DNA from: Lophium mytilinum
Taxonomy: Eukaryota
Assembly (NCBI GenBank): GCA_010093605.1
Contig: MU004189.1
Coordinates: 627,834 to 691,833 of the forward strand
Length of the DNA: 64,000 nt
Reading direction: 5' to 3'
Of the stretch, positions 39,340-51,897 are shown in pieces. The translations under genes were made by a program, and so were the position numbers. Each line of letters starts with the position of its first letter. Positions within the stretch are counted from its first letter, which is position 1. The notes beneath the pieces were generated by a model. The model ran no database searches. It was not told the DNA's origin and saw only the letters and a list, made by a program, of their open reading frames with translations.

Positions 39340-39669
39340 TCAATCCGCCGTCTTGCCCATAGGAGGATACTCCTTCCCTTCCTTTGTGACCTTCGGCTCA
39401 CAAGTGCACCTCTCAGAATCTGCAACAGAGTCCATGACGCTAGGCACGTGGTTGCCGCAGCCCCACCATGTTGATTTCTCTATGAGGATAGGAGTTTAGC
39501 GAGGGGTTAGTGAAGGGGGGAGAGAGGAGTGAATAGAGATAGTGAGCGTGAAAAGATGATCTAAAGTGATTGGAACGGATTGAACCGGAAATGAAAGTAC
39601 GAAATGCGACTGGAATGGCGGGGTGAAATGAGACGTACGACAGATGGAGCAGGTTGCTTTCTTGCACAT
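39340..39669 (-). CDS. 56-aa Cys/His-rich microprotein (putative zinc-binding), 2 exons
   Basis: Exons 39669-39639 and 39479-39340, intron GTACGT..TAG. Product: MCKKATCSICQKSTWWGCGNHVPSVMDSVADSERCTCEPKVTKEGKEYPPMGKTAD*. A TATA-like element lies upstream near 39755. Confidence 0.85.
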
Positions 39670-40090
39670 GGTGAGATGTTTGCTTTCTTAATTTCTTGGG
39701 TTCGTGTTTGTTCCGTGATCTTGAATAATGCTTGAAAGGTCAGGGCGGTCGTCCTATAAATACCTCCGGGATGTAGTTTCACCTCGCCGAGCCAGTTAGG
39801 TCGCCGAGGCGGGCTTGCTTATCGGATTAGTACTGGTGGCGATTTTATAGTCCATCATCCAAACAGACATCTAGTCAGACACTTGTATTATTGTTTCCTT
39901 GCAAAGGTGAGTAGAATTGTGGTGGGATCGAGATTATTCTATAATGCTCCATCGACAAGCCCCCGCAGGCTATGCAAAACCTCGCAATGACTAATTCGTC
40001 CTGACTGGAAGCAAAGACTGGCTTTTTGTGTTCCCGCCCCTTCCATACTCCAATGCCCGTTAGCACGTCGACAAATGTGTGATGGTAAGA

Positions 40091-42062
40091 TCAATCAAAT
40101 GTGATCTTCGTAGCTTTCTTCATATCATCGCCAGTATCCTTGTAAAACGCGCCATATGCCTCATGAGCCTTCTTCTTAACCGTAGTACCGAACTTCATCA
40201 GTTCCTCGGGAACCGGCTGACCCGCAGCCTTCAAAACGTTGATCAATCTATTAAAAGTTGTCAGCAAGAGTAGTTTCTTAACAGGTGGCGGGTCGAACTT
40301 ACGCTCCAGACAACCCCTTATCCACTTCCGTGAACAACGTAATCGCGAGGCCCTCCTTACCCGCACGACCAGTACGTCCAATCCGATGGACATAGTCTTC
40401 CGCCGTCAACGGGAAAGTGACGTTGATAACCACCTTAACCGACGGAATATCCAATCCTCTCGCAGCCACATCCGTCGCCACAAGCAACGGCACACTCCCG
40501 TTCTTGAAACTCTCCAAGCTCTTCGTGCGCTGCACTTGGCTGAGATCGCCGTGAATGCCAGCAACTCTGAAACCCTTTTGCCGGATGTATCCCTCAACTC
40601 TCGTTGCTTCCTTCTTGTAAAGGCAAAATATGAGGATGCGATCATCCTTGTCCTTTCCAGACTGGTATTTCTTGATGAGTTGGAGAAGTCTAAATTCCTT
40701 GTTGCGCGGGTCTACTACTTCTACGATCTGCTGAATACTCTTGTTTGCCCGTAGTTCTCCGGATGGATTGTCGCCAATGGCGATCTTGACCGGGTCTTTC
40801 ATAAAGGTGGACGCAAGGTCGCGAACGGAGGTCGGCCAGGTGGCTGTGAACATGAGCGTTTGACGGACAGTTGCGGTACAGTTAATAATCTGGCGAATGG
40901 CCTCCTCGAAACCCTTGTCCAGCATACGGTCCGCTTCATCGAGGACGACGTAACGAGCTTTCCCCAGGGGCGCAGCATTGTCGCTGACGAGGTCGTTGAG
41001 ACGGCCAGGTGTAGCGACTACAATATGAGCGGTCTTGAGAGCGTGGATCTGCGGTTCTCGGGGAACGCCGCCGTAGACGCAGACAACTTCTAGTCCAGCA
41101 GGGGTAGCAAGCTTGACGAGTTGTTCGTGGATTTGGCTAGCCAGTTCTCGTGTAGGGGAGACAATGACAGCTTGTATACCCTTGCGCTCGCTCTTCGGTA
41201 AGGAAGTGATGTATCGGATACAGGGCACACCAAATGCTAGTGTCTTCCCGGATCCAGTTTCAGCCACTCCGATCATATCTCTTCCAGCGAATAGCGCTGG
41301 CCATGAGGCAGCTTGTATAGGCGTGGGAGAAGTGAAACCCGCAAAAGGCGCAAGCTGTGACTTGTCCTTGATAGGCAAGTATGAGAATTTTAGGAGTGGT
41401 CGGAAAGTAGGGGAGCTCAATAGCGGGTCGGTGACGGTGATGAAGTTATCTGTGAGATAGGTGTCTACCTCCGATTGTGGAAGTGCGCTCAATGCGGCAT
41501 CCTCTGTATAGCTGCCCTCAACCGCGCCAGCGCCTCCAGGGGTTACTGGTTTCGACGGAGTATTGGAAGAGCCATTCGGTACTGGCATGGACAGGGCAGG
41601 CGTATCACTGTCGGACTGTTCCTTGGCCTTTGCCAGCTTCTTGGCCTTCTTTTCCGCTTTTCTTGCAGCTTTCGCCGCCTTCTCTTGTGCCTCTGTGTCA
41701 ACCTCCGCTTCAGAGGAGGCATCCACACCATTCTCCTCCTCTGTATCCTTGTTCTTCTGCGCCTTCTTCGCTTCCCGCGCTTCCTTCTTCGCCAGTTTCG
41801 CAGCCTTCCGCTCAGCCTTGGAAAGTTTCTTCTCCTCTTGTCCGGCTTCAACTGTGCCATTCAATTTTGCAGGCGACTCTTCGCTCGCGCCATTGCCTAT
41901 CTCCGCGACTGCATTTCCATCTCCAGGTGCATCTGCGGTCGTGCTGAGCTTGTCGGTGTTGCGCTTGCTTTTGTCCTTCTTGCTCTTCTTTCTTGCAGGT
42001 ACTTCCGCATTGGAGCGCGAAGCATCCTCCGCTACAGCGTCTTCGCGGATTCGTTTGCCCAT
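40091..42062 (-). CDS. DBP3: DEAD-box RNA helicase Dbp3 (60S biogenesis)
   Basis: K/E-rich N-terminus, [24 protein letters not shown] and [10 protein letters not shown]; the last exon ends [27 protein letters not shown]. Confidence 0.95.
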
Positions 42063-42279
42063 GGTTGAGTGTTGGGGAGATTAGAGAGAAAAAGTTGCGA
42101 ACCACCGCTTAGAAAATTGAGACCTGGGAGATTTTTTGGCCAAGATTTCACCGGCGCCGAAAAGAAGCCGATTGGTGAAATGGAAGCACGTCACGTGAAA
42201 TCAATCATACTTCACGATCCTATATGTTACCTTCCTTTTGGTATATTGAAGCACTACAGGTGGTGTTATAAACGTGGAA

Positions 42280-42321
42280 TGAAAATTTCGTTCCAGCAAG
42301 ATCAGAGGGCTGAAGGATGAG
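42280..42321. promoter_or_regulatory. RRPE-like (TGAAAATTT) and PAC-like (GATGAG) elements upstream of DBP3
   Basis: TGAAAATTTC at 42280 and GATGAG at 42316, ~220-260 bp upstream of a ribosome-biogenesis gene. The motifs are short and could occur by chance. Confidence 0.3.
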
Positions 42322-42802
42322 ACGATGTTGAGAGGTCATTTAGAGTGATAGACTTCGATAGCATCCTTGATAGCCAGATTTAAGACATGACGCTGGATTT
42401 CGAAGTACGTTCAATGTAGAGATAATCCTATAGAGCACGAAGCAACGAGTCACCAACTTTATCTATGTACTACCGCCCGAGGTGACTTCAATGGTTTCAA
42501 GCCCATCGTCACCTTAGATCGGGACTTCCTTCAAAGTACTCATACCTCCTTGAAGCCTGCCTCACAAGCCGTTCAGGCAACATCAAAACAGTGCATCCAA
42601 CCCAATCCCAGCACCGTGCCTACCTCTCCACCCAACCCAGCAAGAGCAAACAAGCCGTTTATAGCCCTCTACTCCAACTCTTCCCTTCTCTACCTCCATT
42701 TCTCTCACACCAAACCCAACACAACTCACTACTCAATCAACTACTCACTCACTACCCAATCCATCAATCCACCACCAAACACCCACCCCCAAAACTGCCA
42801 CA

Positions 42803-43506
42803 ATGCCCAACCCCGCCATCGCCGAACTCATGAACGACACCATCGCCCGCGGCAAAACCCCGCCGCCCGCATCCCAGAACCCCTCGGTAACCCTCCCTCC
42901 CTCCCTCTCCCCTTCCTTAATCTAACGTACCCCCCAGCCCGACTCCGAAAACTCACCCCCTCCTACGCCCCCCAACCTCACCGACGAAGTAGCCGCCGCC
43001 ATGAGCGCCGCAGCCTTGCGCGCCAAAGAAGCCGTCGACGAAGCGGCAAAAGTTGCGCAGAAGGCGCTTGAGAAGCTGGAGATTGGGACGGGGGAGGGGG
43101 GAATTGTTGGGGGGGATGGGGTGATTGGTGAGTTTCTCCTCTCTGCTTTTGTTTACGCGGATGAATGCTGTGGTGGCTGACGGTTGGTGTTGTAGGCGGG
43201 CCGCTGCAGGGGATTGGCAACACCGGTGCCCGATCTGAGGCCGCTGTTGAAGAGAAGGGGAAGGGCAAGGCGACTGCTGAGGCCACCGTCGAGGAGAAGG
43301 GGAAGGATAAGGCGGCTGCTGAATCCACCACCGACGAGAACAAGGCAGCGGTTAAGGTCACTTCCGAGGAGAAGGGGAAGGGCAAGGCGGCTGTTGAGCC
43401 CACCGCAGAGGAGAAGGGGAAGGGCAAGGCAGCGGTTGAGAAGGGCGATGAGGAGAAGAAGGATGCTGGCGGAGACGAGAATGTGATGGTTATTAGTGAG
43501 AGATGA
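42803..43506 (+). CDS. Hypothetical low-complexity protein with EEKGKGKA repeats, 3 exons
   Basis: ATG 42803; introns GTAACC..CTAAC..CAG and GTGAGT..CTGAC..TAG splice in frame to ORF 43165-43506. Confidence 0.7.
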
Positions 43507-44222
43507 GCTAGGTAGGAGGGAAGGAAGTGCGAGAGTGCTGATGAGGGACGAGGAAGGGGAGCATTGGGGGTTATGAGATGGTATCGTGAATCCCGGCCGT
43601 AATACGGATAAAAGAATGGTTGGTATTGGAGGTTATGAAATAGCATTGTCATCCCCAGCTCTAGTACGAGCGATGATCGAGCGAAAGAGAACAAATATAA
43701 TGCACTAACCTGCTAATTTCTGAGGTGGCCTGATGCAATATGAAAGACAGAAACATTATGTTGTGAATGAATACGTTCTGAACACACTGATATCACACTG
43801 GTTCAGCGCCACTTTTGAAAGCTGGACAGCATTATCAAGAGTACTTCCCATGAAAGGAAACCGACCAGTCAAGAGGCAGCTTAGATTCCACTATATGAAG
43901 CTTGACGTCGCACCCAACTTTCCAAAACCCCCTAGGGGTACAACAAGCAGTGGCAAACTAGCGTGCACAAACCAAAGCCTGTCGCTGTATGATTATAAGT
44001 ATGAGTATGAGTATGAGTATGAGTCTGATATCCAAGCATGAGTAGCGTTGTCGTAAAATCCGTCCGTCCCAATGATGCCAAGGAAAAAGGAAGAGAAGCC
44101 CGCTCTACCACCTACAGCTCGCTCAAGACACAAAAACGCCCGCATCATCTAACCCTCTACATGTATGCCTCCTTAAAAGTTACACCCAACGTCCAACAAA
44201 GCCTTCACATCTGCTATCCACT

Positions 44223-46058
44223 TCACGCCTCACCATACACCACACTCCCACTCCCCACGCTGCCACTCATATCCCAGAAATTGCGGTTCCGCCCACTGCC
44301 GCCACTCCGCTTGCTCTTCTTTGTGCTCTGGCTCGCGCAACTGCTCCCCGTCCGCTGATTGCCACTCGCGCTCCTCAACACTGGATTGCGAAGTGCTAAA
44401 CTCGGTACAGCCGGCGTATGGCTGTGCAGGTAATGCCGGTGTAGCAGATCCCTGCGTTTGTTCCCAGACTGCTGAGATGCAACAGCCCGGGACACGAGGG
44501 GGTGGTGCTGGCGGATTAGGGCAGCCCGTCGCGCGGAGATGAGGTCGGAGGCCATGACTGTCGGGTCTGCGGGTGCGGAGCTACTGCGTGGGCCTAAAGG
44601 GGCGCGGCGCGTGGACGTGGAGGGGCGGGAGGTGAAGCGGGTGGTGAGGTAGTTGAAGACCATCTTGACGTCGAGCTCACGCTCCCAGTACTCACGGTCT
44701 TGTTGAGTGCGGGCGAGGTCGTCGGCGGTAGTCGAAGTGGGGCGTTGATGTTGGCGGAAGGACTCGAGGAGGTCGGTTTCTTCTTCCTCTTCGATTCCCC
44801 ATAGAGAGGCGTCGCTGTAGGTATTTTGCTTTTGGAGGGTGGGGGCGAAGATGGCGGCGGTGGGTGAGGGTATGGAGGACTGGGTCGTTGCGAGAGGGGA
44901 GGTTTCGATGTTCGTGGTTTGGAGAGGAGGGAGGGAGAGGCCGGCGTAAGAGGGAGCTTCTTGGGTGCGGAGGTAGGTGCTGAATGCGCCTGGGTGCTCT
45001 GAGAGCTGGTGGACGAGGACGCCGAGCTCGCGGGCTATCCGTTCAAGAAGTCGGTGTTCCCATGGGTCGCCGGAGAATGGGCTATCCTGAACATCCCCAA
45101 GCACTGTCTCCGTGATGCTCTTGGTGTCGGGGACAGAAGTCGACTCAGGGGTGGCCTCCAGGGGCAAGGATTCTCCAAATATAACAGACAAAATGTTTTC
45201 GTCGATGCCCATAAGATCGTGGATGATTCGTCTTGTAAAGCGCTGCAAGACAGATAGATTTTCCGTGTTGTCTTCGGACGAATGTTGAGCTTCTTGCTGC
45301 GCCCCTGATGTGGTGGACCTTGCCCGAGATGAAGCCTGTTCTTTTTGGGTTGTGTTGCTCTTCGCCGCACTCACCAAGCTCATTCTCCTCCGCCGGCGTG
45401 TCTCCTTTTCGATCTCTTCTAACAGGGCCTTGCTCTGTTCCAGCCTCCATTTCTCAATCCTCAATCTCCGATTATCTTCATGATCGAGCTCCTCAGTCTC
45501 CTCTAACGCATCCAGCCTCCTCTGGACACTCGATCTCCTCCGCTGGTGTACCCGCCTCCGTGGACTTGACCGCTCAAACTGCCACAGCTGTTCCTGGATG
45601 GTTGAGCCATCGGCTTGGAATGTGCCGAGGCCATCGTGGGTGGGCAAGACAGTCTCTCCGCTTTGTATCAGCCTCCTCGACGGGGCACTGTATTCCGACG
45701 GCTCGTGGAAGGCGTGTAGCCCATCATCCAGACTGTCTAACTCCGCCTCCTCCTCCAGGTCGGTACCCTGGCATGTGAGGTTGTCGTCATCTTGGTCGGA
45801 GCGAGCAGCGGTGTCGAGAGAGCCGAAGTCACTGAAGCGTGATAGGCCAAGCGTGCGAGGTGTTCGTTCAGTCGAGGTAGTTTGTGTGCGCGCGGTGGTC
45901 GATGGAGCGGTGGGCGAGAAGAGGACCCATTCCTCCGAGTCCTCTAGAGGCCGCTTGCGCTGTGGTGAGGGGGCGGTCTCGAGAGGAGCGGGCTGCTCGG
46001 GCTCGTGGTAAGATAGCTGGCGCGACTGCTGCGGGCGGTGGTGCTGGCGGAAGGCCAT
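44223..46058 (-). CDS. Hypothetical fungal protein (611 aa)
   Basis: Long intronless ORF with ordered blocks (EEWVLFSP, LPTHDGLGTF, RIEKWRLEQS, LLERIARELG..HPGAFSTY). Confidence 0.85.
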   Translation of the reverse strand: MAFRQHHRPQQSRQLSYHEPEQPAPLETAPSPQRKRPLEDSEEWVLFSPTAPSTTARTQTTSTERTPRTLGLSRFSDFGSLDTAARSDQDDDNLTCQGTDLEEEAELDSLDDGLHAFHEPSEYSAPSRRLIQSGETVLPTHDGLGTFQADGSTIQEQLWQFERSSPRRRVHQRRRSSVQRRLDALEETEELDHEDNRRLRIEKWRLEQSKALLEEIEKETRRRRRMSLVSAAKSNTTQKEQASSRARSTTSGAQQEAQHSSEDNTENLSVLQRFTRRIIHDLMGIDENILSVIFGESLPLEATPESTSVPDTKSITETVLGDVQDSPFSGDPWEHRLLERIARELGVLVHQLSEHPGAFSTYLRTQEAPSYAGLSLPPLQTTNIETSPLATTQSSIPSPTAAIFAPTLQKQNTYSDASLWGIEEEEETDLLESFRQHQRPTSTTADDLARTQQDREYWERELDVKMVFNYLTTRFTSRPSTSTRRAPLGPRSSSAPADPTVMASDLISARRAALIRQHHPLVSRAVASQQSGNKRRDLLHRHYLHSHTPAVPSLALRNPVLRSASGNQRTGSSCASQSTKKSKRSGGSGRNRNFWDMSGSVGSGSVVYGEA

Positions 46059-46138
46059 GATTGTGTATGCTGGAGCTGGACGGGGCCCAGTCCGCGTGAG
46101 GTCGCTGTCTCAGCGGGATTGAGATGGAGCGAGGGATG

Positions 46139-46142
<4 letters not shown>

Positions 46143-46182
<40 letters not shown>

Positions 46183-46192
46183 NNNNNNNNNN

Positions 46193-46287
<95 letters not shown>
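46143..46287 (+). repeat. Poly-G tract spanning a 10-N assembly gap
   Basis: G homopolymer on both sides of N at 46183-46192. Confidence 0.9.
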
Positions 46288-46289
<2 letters not shown>

Positions 46290-47830
46290 GGAATGGATCG
46301 CCGAGAGCTGAGGTATTGATCCGGCCGCGCGAGGAGAAAGACGCGGTCCACAGGAGTTAGAAGGTAAGGCGTAAGTGCAAAGGGCCGTTGGGACAGGATG
46401 TCGTCAGAATACTAGCTGGTGGTGCCAGATGACTTGTACGTAGCAGGGATGCCCTCTCGGTCGGCAAGATGGTGATGTCGTAGCGATAGGAGCGGGGACG
46501 GGGGAGAAACAAAGACAGCAAAGTAGGAATATCTAGGTAGATGAAGATGTAGGTAGCAGGCAAGGGGAGAACTAAAGTCGTCTATATCAGGAGGGCATGC
46601 ACGGAAGGCGAGACAGCCTCAGGGGTGGGCTTGACGCGCTGGACACGGAGCTGATGATGAGCCATAAGCTGCAGCGATAAGGCCTTTATCTGATGCCCCG
46701 TCGTTACGAGCTACTCTATCTTGACCTCCATCTATTGCTCACTATTACTCCGAGGAATACGCACCCATCGCGTTACTTTCGGCGACGACTCAAGCCCGCG
46801 CAGATGGAACAATCCTCCAATGCCGACTTATCGGCATTCTCTCGCATCATATGTGTCCTGTCAGCCTCTCGCGCCAAACACACCACATGAGGCCTCCCAT
46901 GCTCCGCTACCGCTATCACTAAGCCTTACGAGGCTGTCAGGCTGTTCTACGCCTGATTACTTTCCATACCCGGTACTCCTACAACCTTGACCTTGCGATA
47001 AAAAAAATAGAAAGAAAACTCAAATAAAAGATGGAAATGCCAACAGGGGGCCAGTACCCAATAGCTCGAACACACTTAGCTACAACCTGAGACGCATCAT
47101 GGACGACGCACTAGCTCTATCAAAGCACCCCCGAACAACCTTCCGAGCGGTGTCGGATGGGCACTGGATCTACATGATGCCTTGCCACAAAGAACAGAAA
47201 AGTTCGTAGTTTAGCGTCGAGCTTCAACCCATCATCCTACAGTAGATCTTGACCCCCACTTCTTCTATCGTATCAGATTTGTGACGGTCTAAAGCAGTCC
47301 ATAGAAGTCAGGGTACAACTGGCACAGCTGGTACACAAGTATGAACAGGAGTTAAGTTAGTCTACGTGTTTCCTTCCCAAGTATAGCCTGTTATTATAAC
47401 ACCGCTTAATCTTGAATATAAAGTTATATCGTCTATCTACGTGTTATACTTCCAATCCCCATCCTGAAATAGCTGCTGAGCAACTAGTAAAATCAGATGT
47501 TCTGAGCTCATCTGAAATATATTGGTAGACTCGGGAGAGGTCACAATTCACAGGTAAATCAGAGCTCTAAAAACTCCAAGAACGGCAAGACGAGTGCATG
47601 CAAGAAACATGCCTAAAACAGAAAGGGTATCGTGGCATTTCTCTTCCTAGGTATACACTCGAAACGCCTACTGGTATCCTGGTATCCGTAGCGAGGTATT
47701 GTACAATCTGGTATCTCTGCCGGTAAGAATAAAAGCAATGTTCACGCGCCTGGCTCCGCCTGCCAAAACACCAATTCCAACCCGCGCCCGCTAAATGAGT
47801 GTTGTCAAAAGTCGTCCGTCGTCCGTCTTA

Positions 47831-49806
47831 TCAGATTTCATGCGCAGGCTCTTCAGGCCCTACAAATCTTTTTACATCCTCTTCACTCATCTCCTCCCCC
47901 TCGCCTACGCCTTCGTACCGCCTCAGCCGTCGGTTTTCCGACCGCCCTATATAGCTTTTGATCGCGCACTCGTTATTCCCCTGGCAAATCTTTGTGCGGC
48001 CAAGATTCTTGAATCGTGGACCTAGTGGGCCGTTGACGTAGTGGTATTGGCCCACAAAGCGATACTGGCGCGGGTCGTCGAGCGGGTAGAACTTATCCCC
48101 CCAATGGCCAATGAAGTAAAACCACTCGGTCGGCGCAAGGGGAGTGATGTTAGAGCTGCGGAGGGTGTCGTTGACGTAGTCGTAAGTGTAGGCGTGGGAA
48201 TTTAATAGAGGGTCCCAGAGGGGACCGCGGTCGGTCACGTCGTGGAGCAGGCCGCCGGGAAGCACGTAGGGGTGGGTGCCGGCGGTGGCATACATGGCGT
48301 GGGTGCCGGTTGCGGAGTAGGCGATTGGCTTGAAATCTGTTAGCTTCCTGTCTATGAGTATTCCGGAAAGGGGGGACACACTCTCTTCCCGATCTTCTCA
48401 ACCGCTTCGTAGCTGTACGCGTCGCCAAAATTGTGCTCGCTGTAGAAGATCGCCTTTGGCTTCCCATTGTGGAATCGCACGACTGTATGCTCCCAATCAC
48501 CAACATGGTTCCCAAACCGCACGTTGAGAACTACGTTGCCAAGATTGTAGCTGTAGAAGAAAAACCAAAAGGCATCGACCACGCCTTCGCCTTTGTCGAC
48601 CACAACAAGTACCGCAGGCGCATCGCTACGGCCGCCGATTGTCCGTTTACCCCGACGGCGAAGAGCTTCGGGGCGCAAATCCTCCTCCTCATCCTCGTCA
48701 TCTACGAGCTCTTCGCCTTCCGGCGTTTCGACTGGGACCTTGGAGGATTCCCCTGACGATTTCGGGGCGGGTCTTACGCCACCCTTGTCCCTCGTACTGC
48801 CTATACCGACGTCATACCACTTCTCGCGCTCATCGTCTTGGACTTCGCCATCAATTCGGCCGTCCCAGTCTGCCCAAGGCTGCGCTTGCTCGTCAGGGTC
48901 TCCGGGTCGGTTGGGAATGTTAATGGCACTCCCCAGCCATTCCGGACGCTCCTCGACGTTATCGTCGCTCTGCAGATATACAAATCGGCCCCAGGCGTTC
49001 AGTTGGTCAAGATTCGTCAAAGTTGGATGATCGGATTGTGCTTGTAAAGGCGTATAGTTAAGGTGGGGCGTGGTGTGAATAAGGTGCTCCGCTATGTCAC
49101 TAGGCCAGAACTGCTCTCCTGAGTAGAGATATACATATGGCGCGTATTCTAAAACGTATTCGGGCACCTCGCGCAGCACGCGCTCGTCGTCGGACCAGTC
49201 TTCGGGACGCGATTTCCCGCTAGTCCAGAAGGAACTGAGGTCGTCCGCTTCGACAACTGGTTTCTGCTGCTTCCTAGATGTCTTCACTTTAGGACCAATC
49301 CATCCGGCCTTGTTCAGGTGGGCAAGCCCGCAGAACCCGAACCAGTTGCAAGCCTTTCTGTCCAGCCAAGAATGCGAGGATGCAACCCACTGTTTCTCGT
49401 CCAGACGCTCCGAGTATGGTGTGAGCTTCTCGAAGAGAGAGTGCTGGTAGAGTTGGGAAAAGGTGAATAGGCTTAAGAATGTTGAAACGACAGCGATTGG
49501 TGCTTTCCGACCCTTCATTTGGGGATCGGAGCAGTCGGATGGCCCGCCGACTGACACAGAGTTTGGCGGTGGGACTTGCCCGGGCTTTTCACGCAAACGA
49601 TGGTGTACGGGTAGGTCTATGGTAGGTTCGAGGGAGAGTTGGGAGGCGGCCGGCGCAACAACGTCGTTATACGAGACTGGAGGAGAGAGATCCGCTACCG
49701 GAGCGAAGTTTGGTAAAACTGCGGAAGATATGGAGGTCGGCGGAGAGGGGAGGAGCTCATGGAGCGGCGCCTGGCCGAAGCCATGGTGGTAAGGCACGAG
49801 AGGCAC
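47831..49806 (-). CDS. VPS62: Vps62-family protein; start uncertain (ATG 49518 or an upstream exon)
   Basis: YAPYVYLYSGEQFWPSDI, DAFWFFFYSYNLG, FGNHVGDWEH, YSATGTHAMYAT and GPLWDP; intron near 48330-48380. Confidence 0.88.
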
Positions 49807-50699
49807 TGGAAAAGCGGCACCATAAGGTTAGCACAATTACCAATTGGACAAAATGGGACAGCATGACAAGTACTCGGTGAAGAAAGTGCTAGGCCGAAGC
49901 TTCCGGAGTGGATGACAAAAGCTTATCGCCGATGCCAGCAAGGTGAATGCACGGGAGCCTGCGGCTTGTGGAAGCGCCGGAAGATCGACGTCAAGGAAGA
50001 GCGGGCAGCGGTTGCACTATTGGGAGCTTCTCGGGGGAGAATCGGGCTGCTATGGGTGTGGTCGGAGGCCAGAGTGATGATGGAATGACGGTGAGTTGGC
50101 GGAGGGTGCCCAAAGGCCCGCGCTGCTCGGAGAGGGAGGGTGGAACGGGACTCTGGAACGGGACTCACTGTCGATATGTCACGTCGGCCCCACGCTGGCT
50201 GGCGGCCTTGGCTAGGGCGGTGGAGGGCGAGGATGAATGAGCGGTGTCGCGGGCATCTGCGGCGTGAATTGGATGCGCAGATGGATGAATTGTGTTGTGT
50301 CTGGTCTTGAGAGGGACGGCCAGCGCGGACAGCTTATGATGTGGCGGGCTGAAACCAACCAGCGGCTGTCCTCCGAGTTCCGCAACGATTCGCTGATCCA
50401 ATAGTGGCATCACGTGCAAGCGCCTGGGAAGTTTGACGTCAGCGCAGGTCTCACCTCGAGACGGTATACGCGATACGCGATATAGTACATTCACTTCAAT
50501 GTTCACGGCTAGTTCCGCGAAGTTGTTCAGCGAAGAGGGAAACCGGCGATGACTTCATGGCTGAACAGATGAGTCTCCGGTAGAAGCAACGACTCGGGGC
50601 ACATTGCAACCTTGAACTGCCGTAGATTATCCACCCGCAAACTCTAATTCTGACCTCAAGCTGCAACAACCTCACTAACCAGTATCCCTGCAAACGAGA

Positions 50700-51668
50700 A
50701 TGGACAAATCAGACGACGACGAGTGGGAGTATGAGTACGACGAAAACGAGACAGAGGAGTTCTACGTGACCCTCGACCTGTCCGGCATCCTCCCAAAAGG
50801 CCAGGAAGGCATCGATCCAGCATACATCCCGTCTGAAGAGCGACGCTACACAGGCCGGCCCTCGTATAAGAAAACAAAGTCAAAAACAACAATGGCGGCA
50901 GCCAGCCTGCTAGCAGCGCAAGACTCGGCTCCAGGGCTATCTCCAGAGAGCGAGACAGAGGCCCTCGACTCGAGCCGCATCCAGATAATCGATCTGCACA
51001 CCTCAAGTCCCCTCATTGCGTACCAAGGCCAGCTATTGAGTTGCCACTGGGCTTCCACTGTTGGAACCGACATGCTGTTTGCAAAACAAGATCCAGATGC
51101 AGACACACAGCACACTCTATTACGAACAATACCCCCGTTCGATCTCCTAGGGCTGAGCTCAACCAAACTGATGGCATCCACCGCTAAACTGCGACCTCGA
51201 GATAGCCATCCAGTCATTGAGAAAGAAGCAGCCCCGTCTTTTGACCAGGCAACGCGGACGCAATTTTCGGGTACGACAGGCACGAGCGGCACCGATTCTC
51301 AGCTCAAAACTTCGAAAGCGAAGATCAATCAACAGAACTTCTTGAGCCGGCTTGGGGCTGCCAATGCGAAGAGGAAGAGGGATGATGACTCGTCGATAGG
51401 ATTGCCGACGAGGGCTGGTGGATACGCTTTCGTGAGAGAAAGTGAATCCCCAGAAGATACGTTAATCTCTGGCGACCTTCCTTCAATAGCAGATGAAGAA
51501 ACGGTGGCGGTAGAAACGGAATTAGCTGAGAGCGGGTTGGTTTCGGGCCCCACCCCATTGGTAACTGGTGAAGAAGCGACAGTGCGCGAATCGATAGAGG
51601 ACAGAGCAGTTCCAGGTCCAACACCTTCATTGGCCGACGAAGATACAGTCATGATTGAAAGCGGGTAA
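50700..51668 (+). CDS. TFIIIC subunit (triple-barrel / TFIIIC_sub6-like) protein
   Basis: EWEYEYDENETEEFYVTLDLS and IQIIDLHTSSPLIAYQGQLLSCHWASTVGTDMLF. Confidence 0.75.
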   Translation: MDKSDDDEWEYEYDENETEEFYVTLDLSGILPKGQEGIDPAYIPSEERRYTGRPSYKKTKSKTTMAAASLLAAQDSAPGLSPESETEALDSSRIQIIDLHTSSPLIAYQGQLLSCHWASTVGTDMLFAKQDPDADTQHTLLRTIPPFDLLGLSSTKLMASTAKLRPRDSHPVIEKEAAPSFDQATRTQFSGTTGTSGTDSQLKTSKAKINQQNFLSRLGAANAKRKRDDDSSIGLPTRAGGYAFVRESESPEDTLISGDLPSIADEETVAVETELAESGLVSGPTPLVTGEEATVRESIEDRAVPGPTPSLADEDTVMIESG

Positions 51669-51897
51669 ATAGAGAAGGGGTTGATGCCAGATGGCCAAGC
51701 ATCAATGTCTGTGCAGTAAGCAAACGAGGGCTTGATTGAGAGTTGATTTCCTCAAGCGTAGAACATGTTTTATACCCTTCAAGACAGGTACGGCGGCTAC
51801 GAAAGTCATATAAAATGCTCAACCACACAACATCAGTACTTCATTTGCAACTCGAAGACATTAGTGTGACTAGGCGATTCTCTTGCTCTTGTACACT

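Noticed and set aside
43999..44024. (TATGAG)n microsatellite, plus (GTGCA)n near 18670 and short duplications near 27640-27690
   Set aside because: These are ordinary slippage repeats in non-coding DNA.
46143..46287. Poly-G tract read as poly-Pro/poly-Gly ORFs or a G-quadruplex element
   Set aside because: It flanks an N gap, so its length is unreliable and it may be a sequencing or assembly artefact. A shorter real tract in the leader of the 44223-46058 gene is possible.
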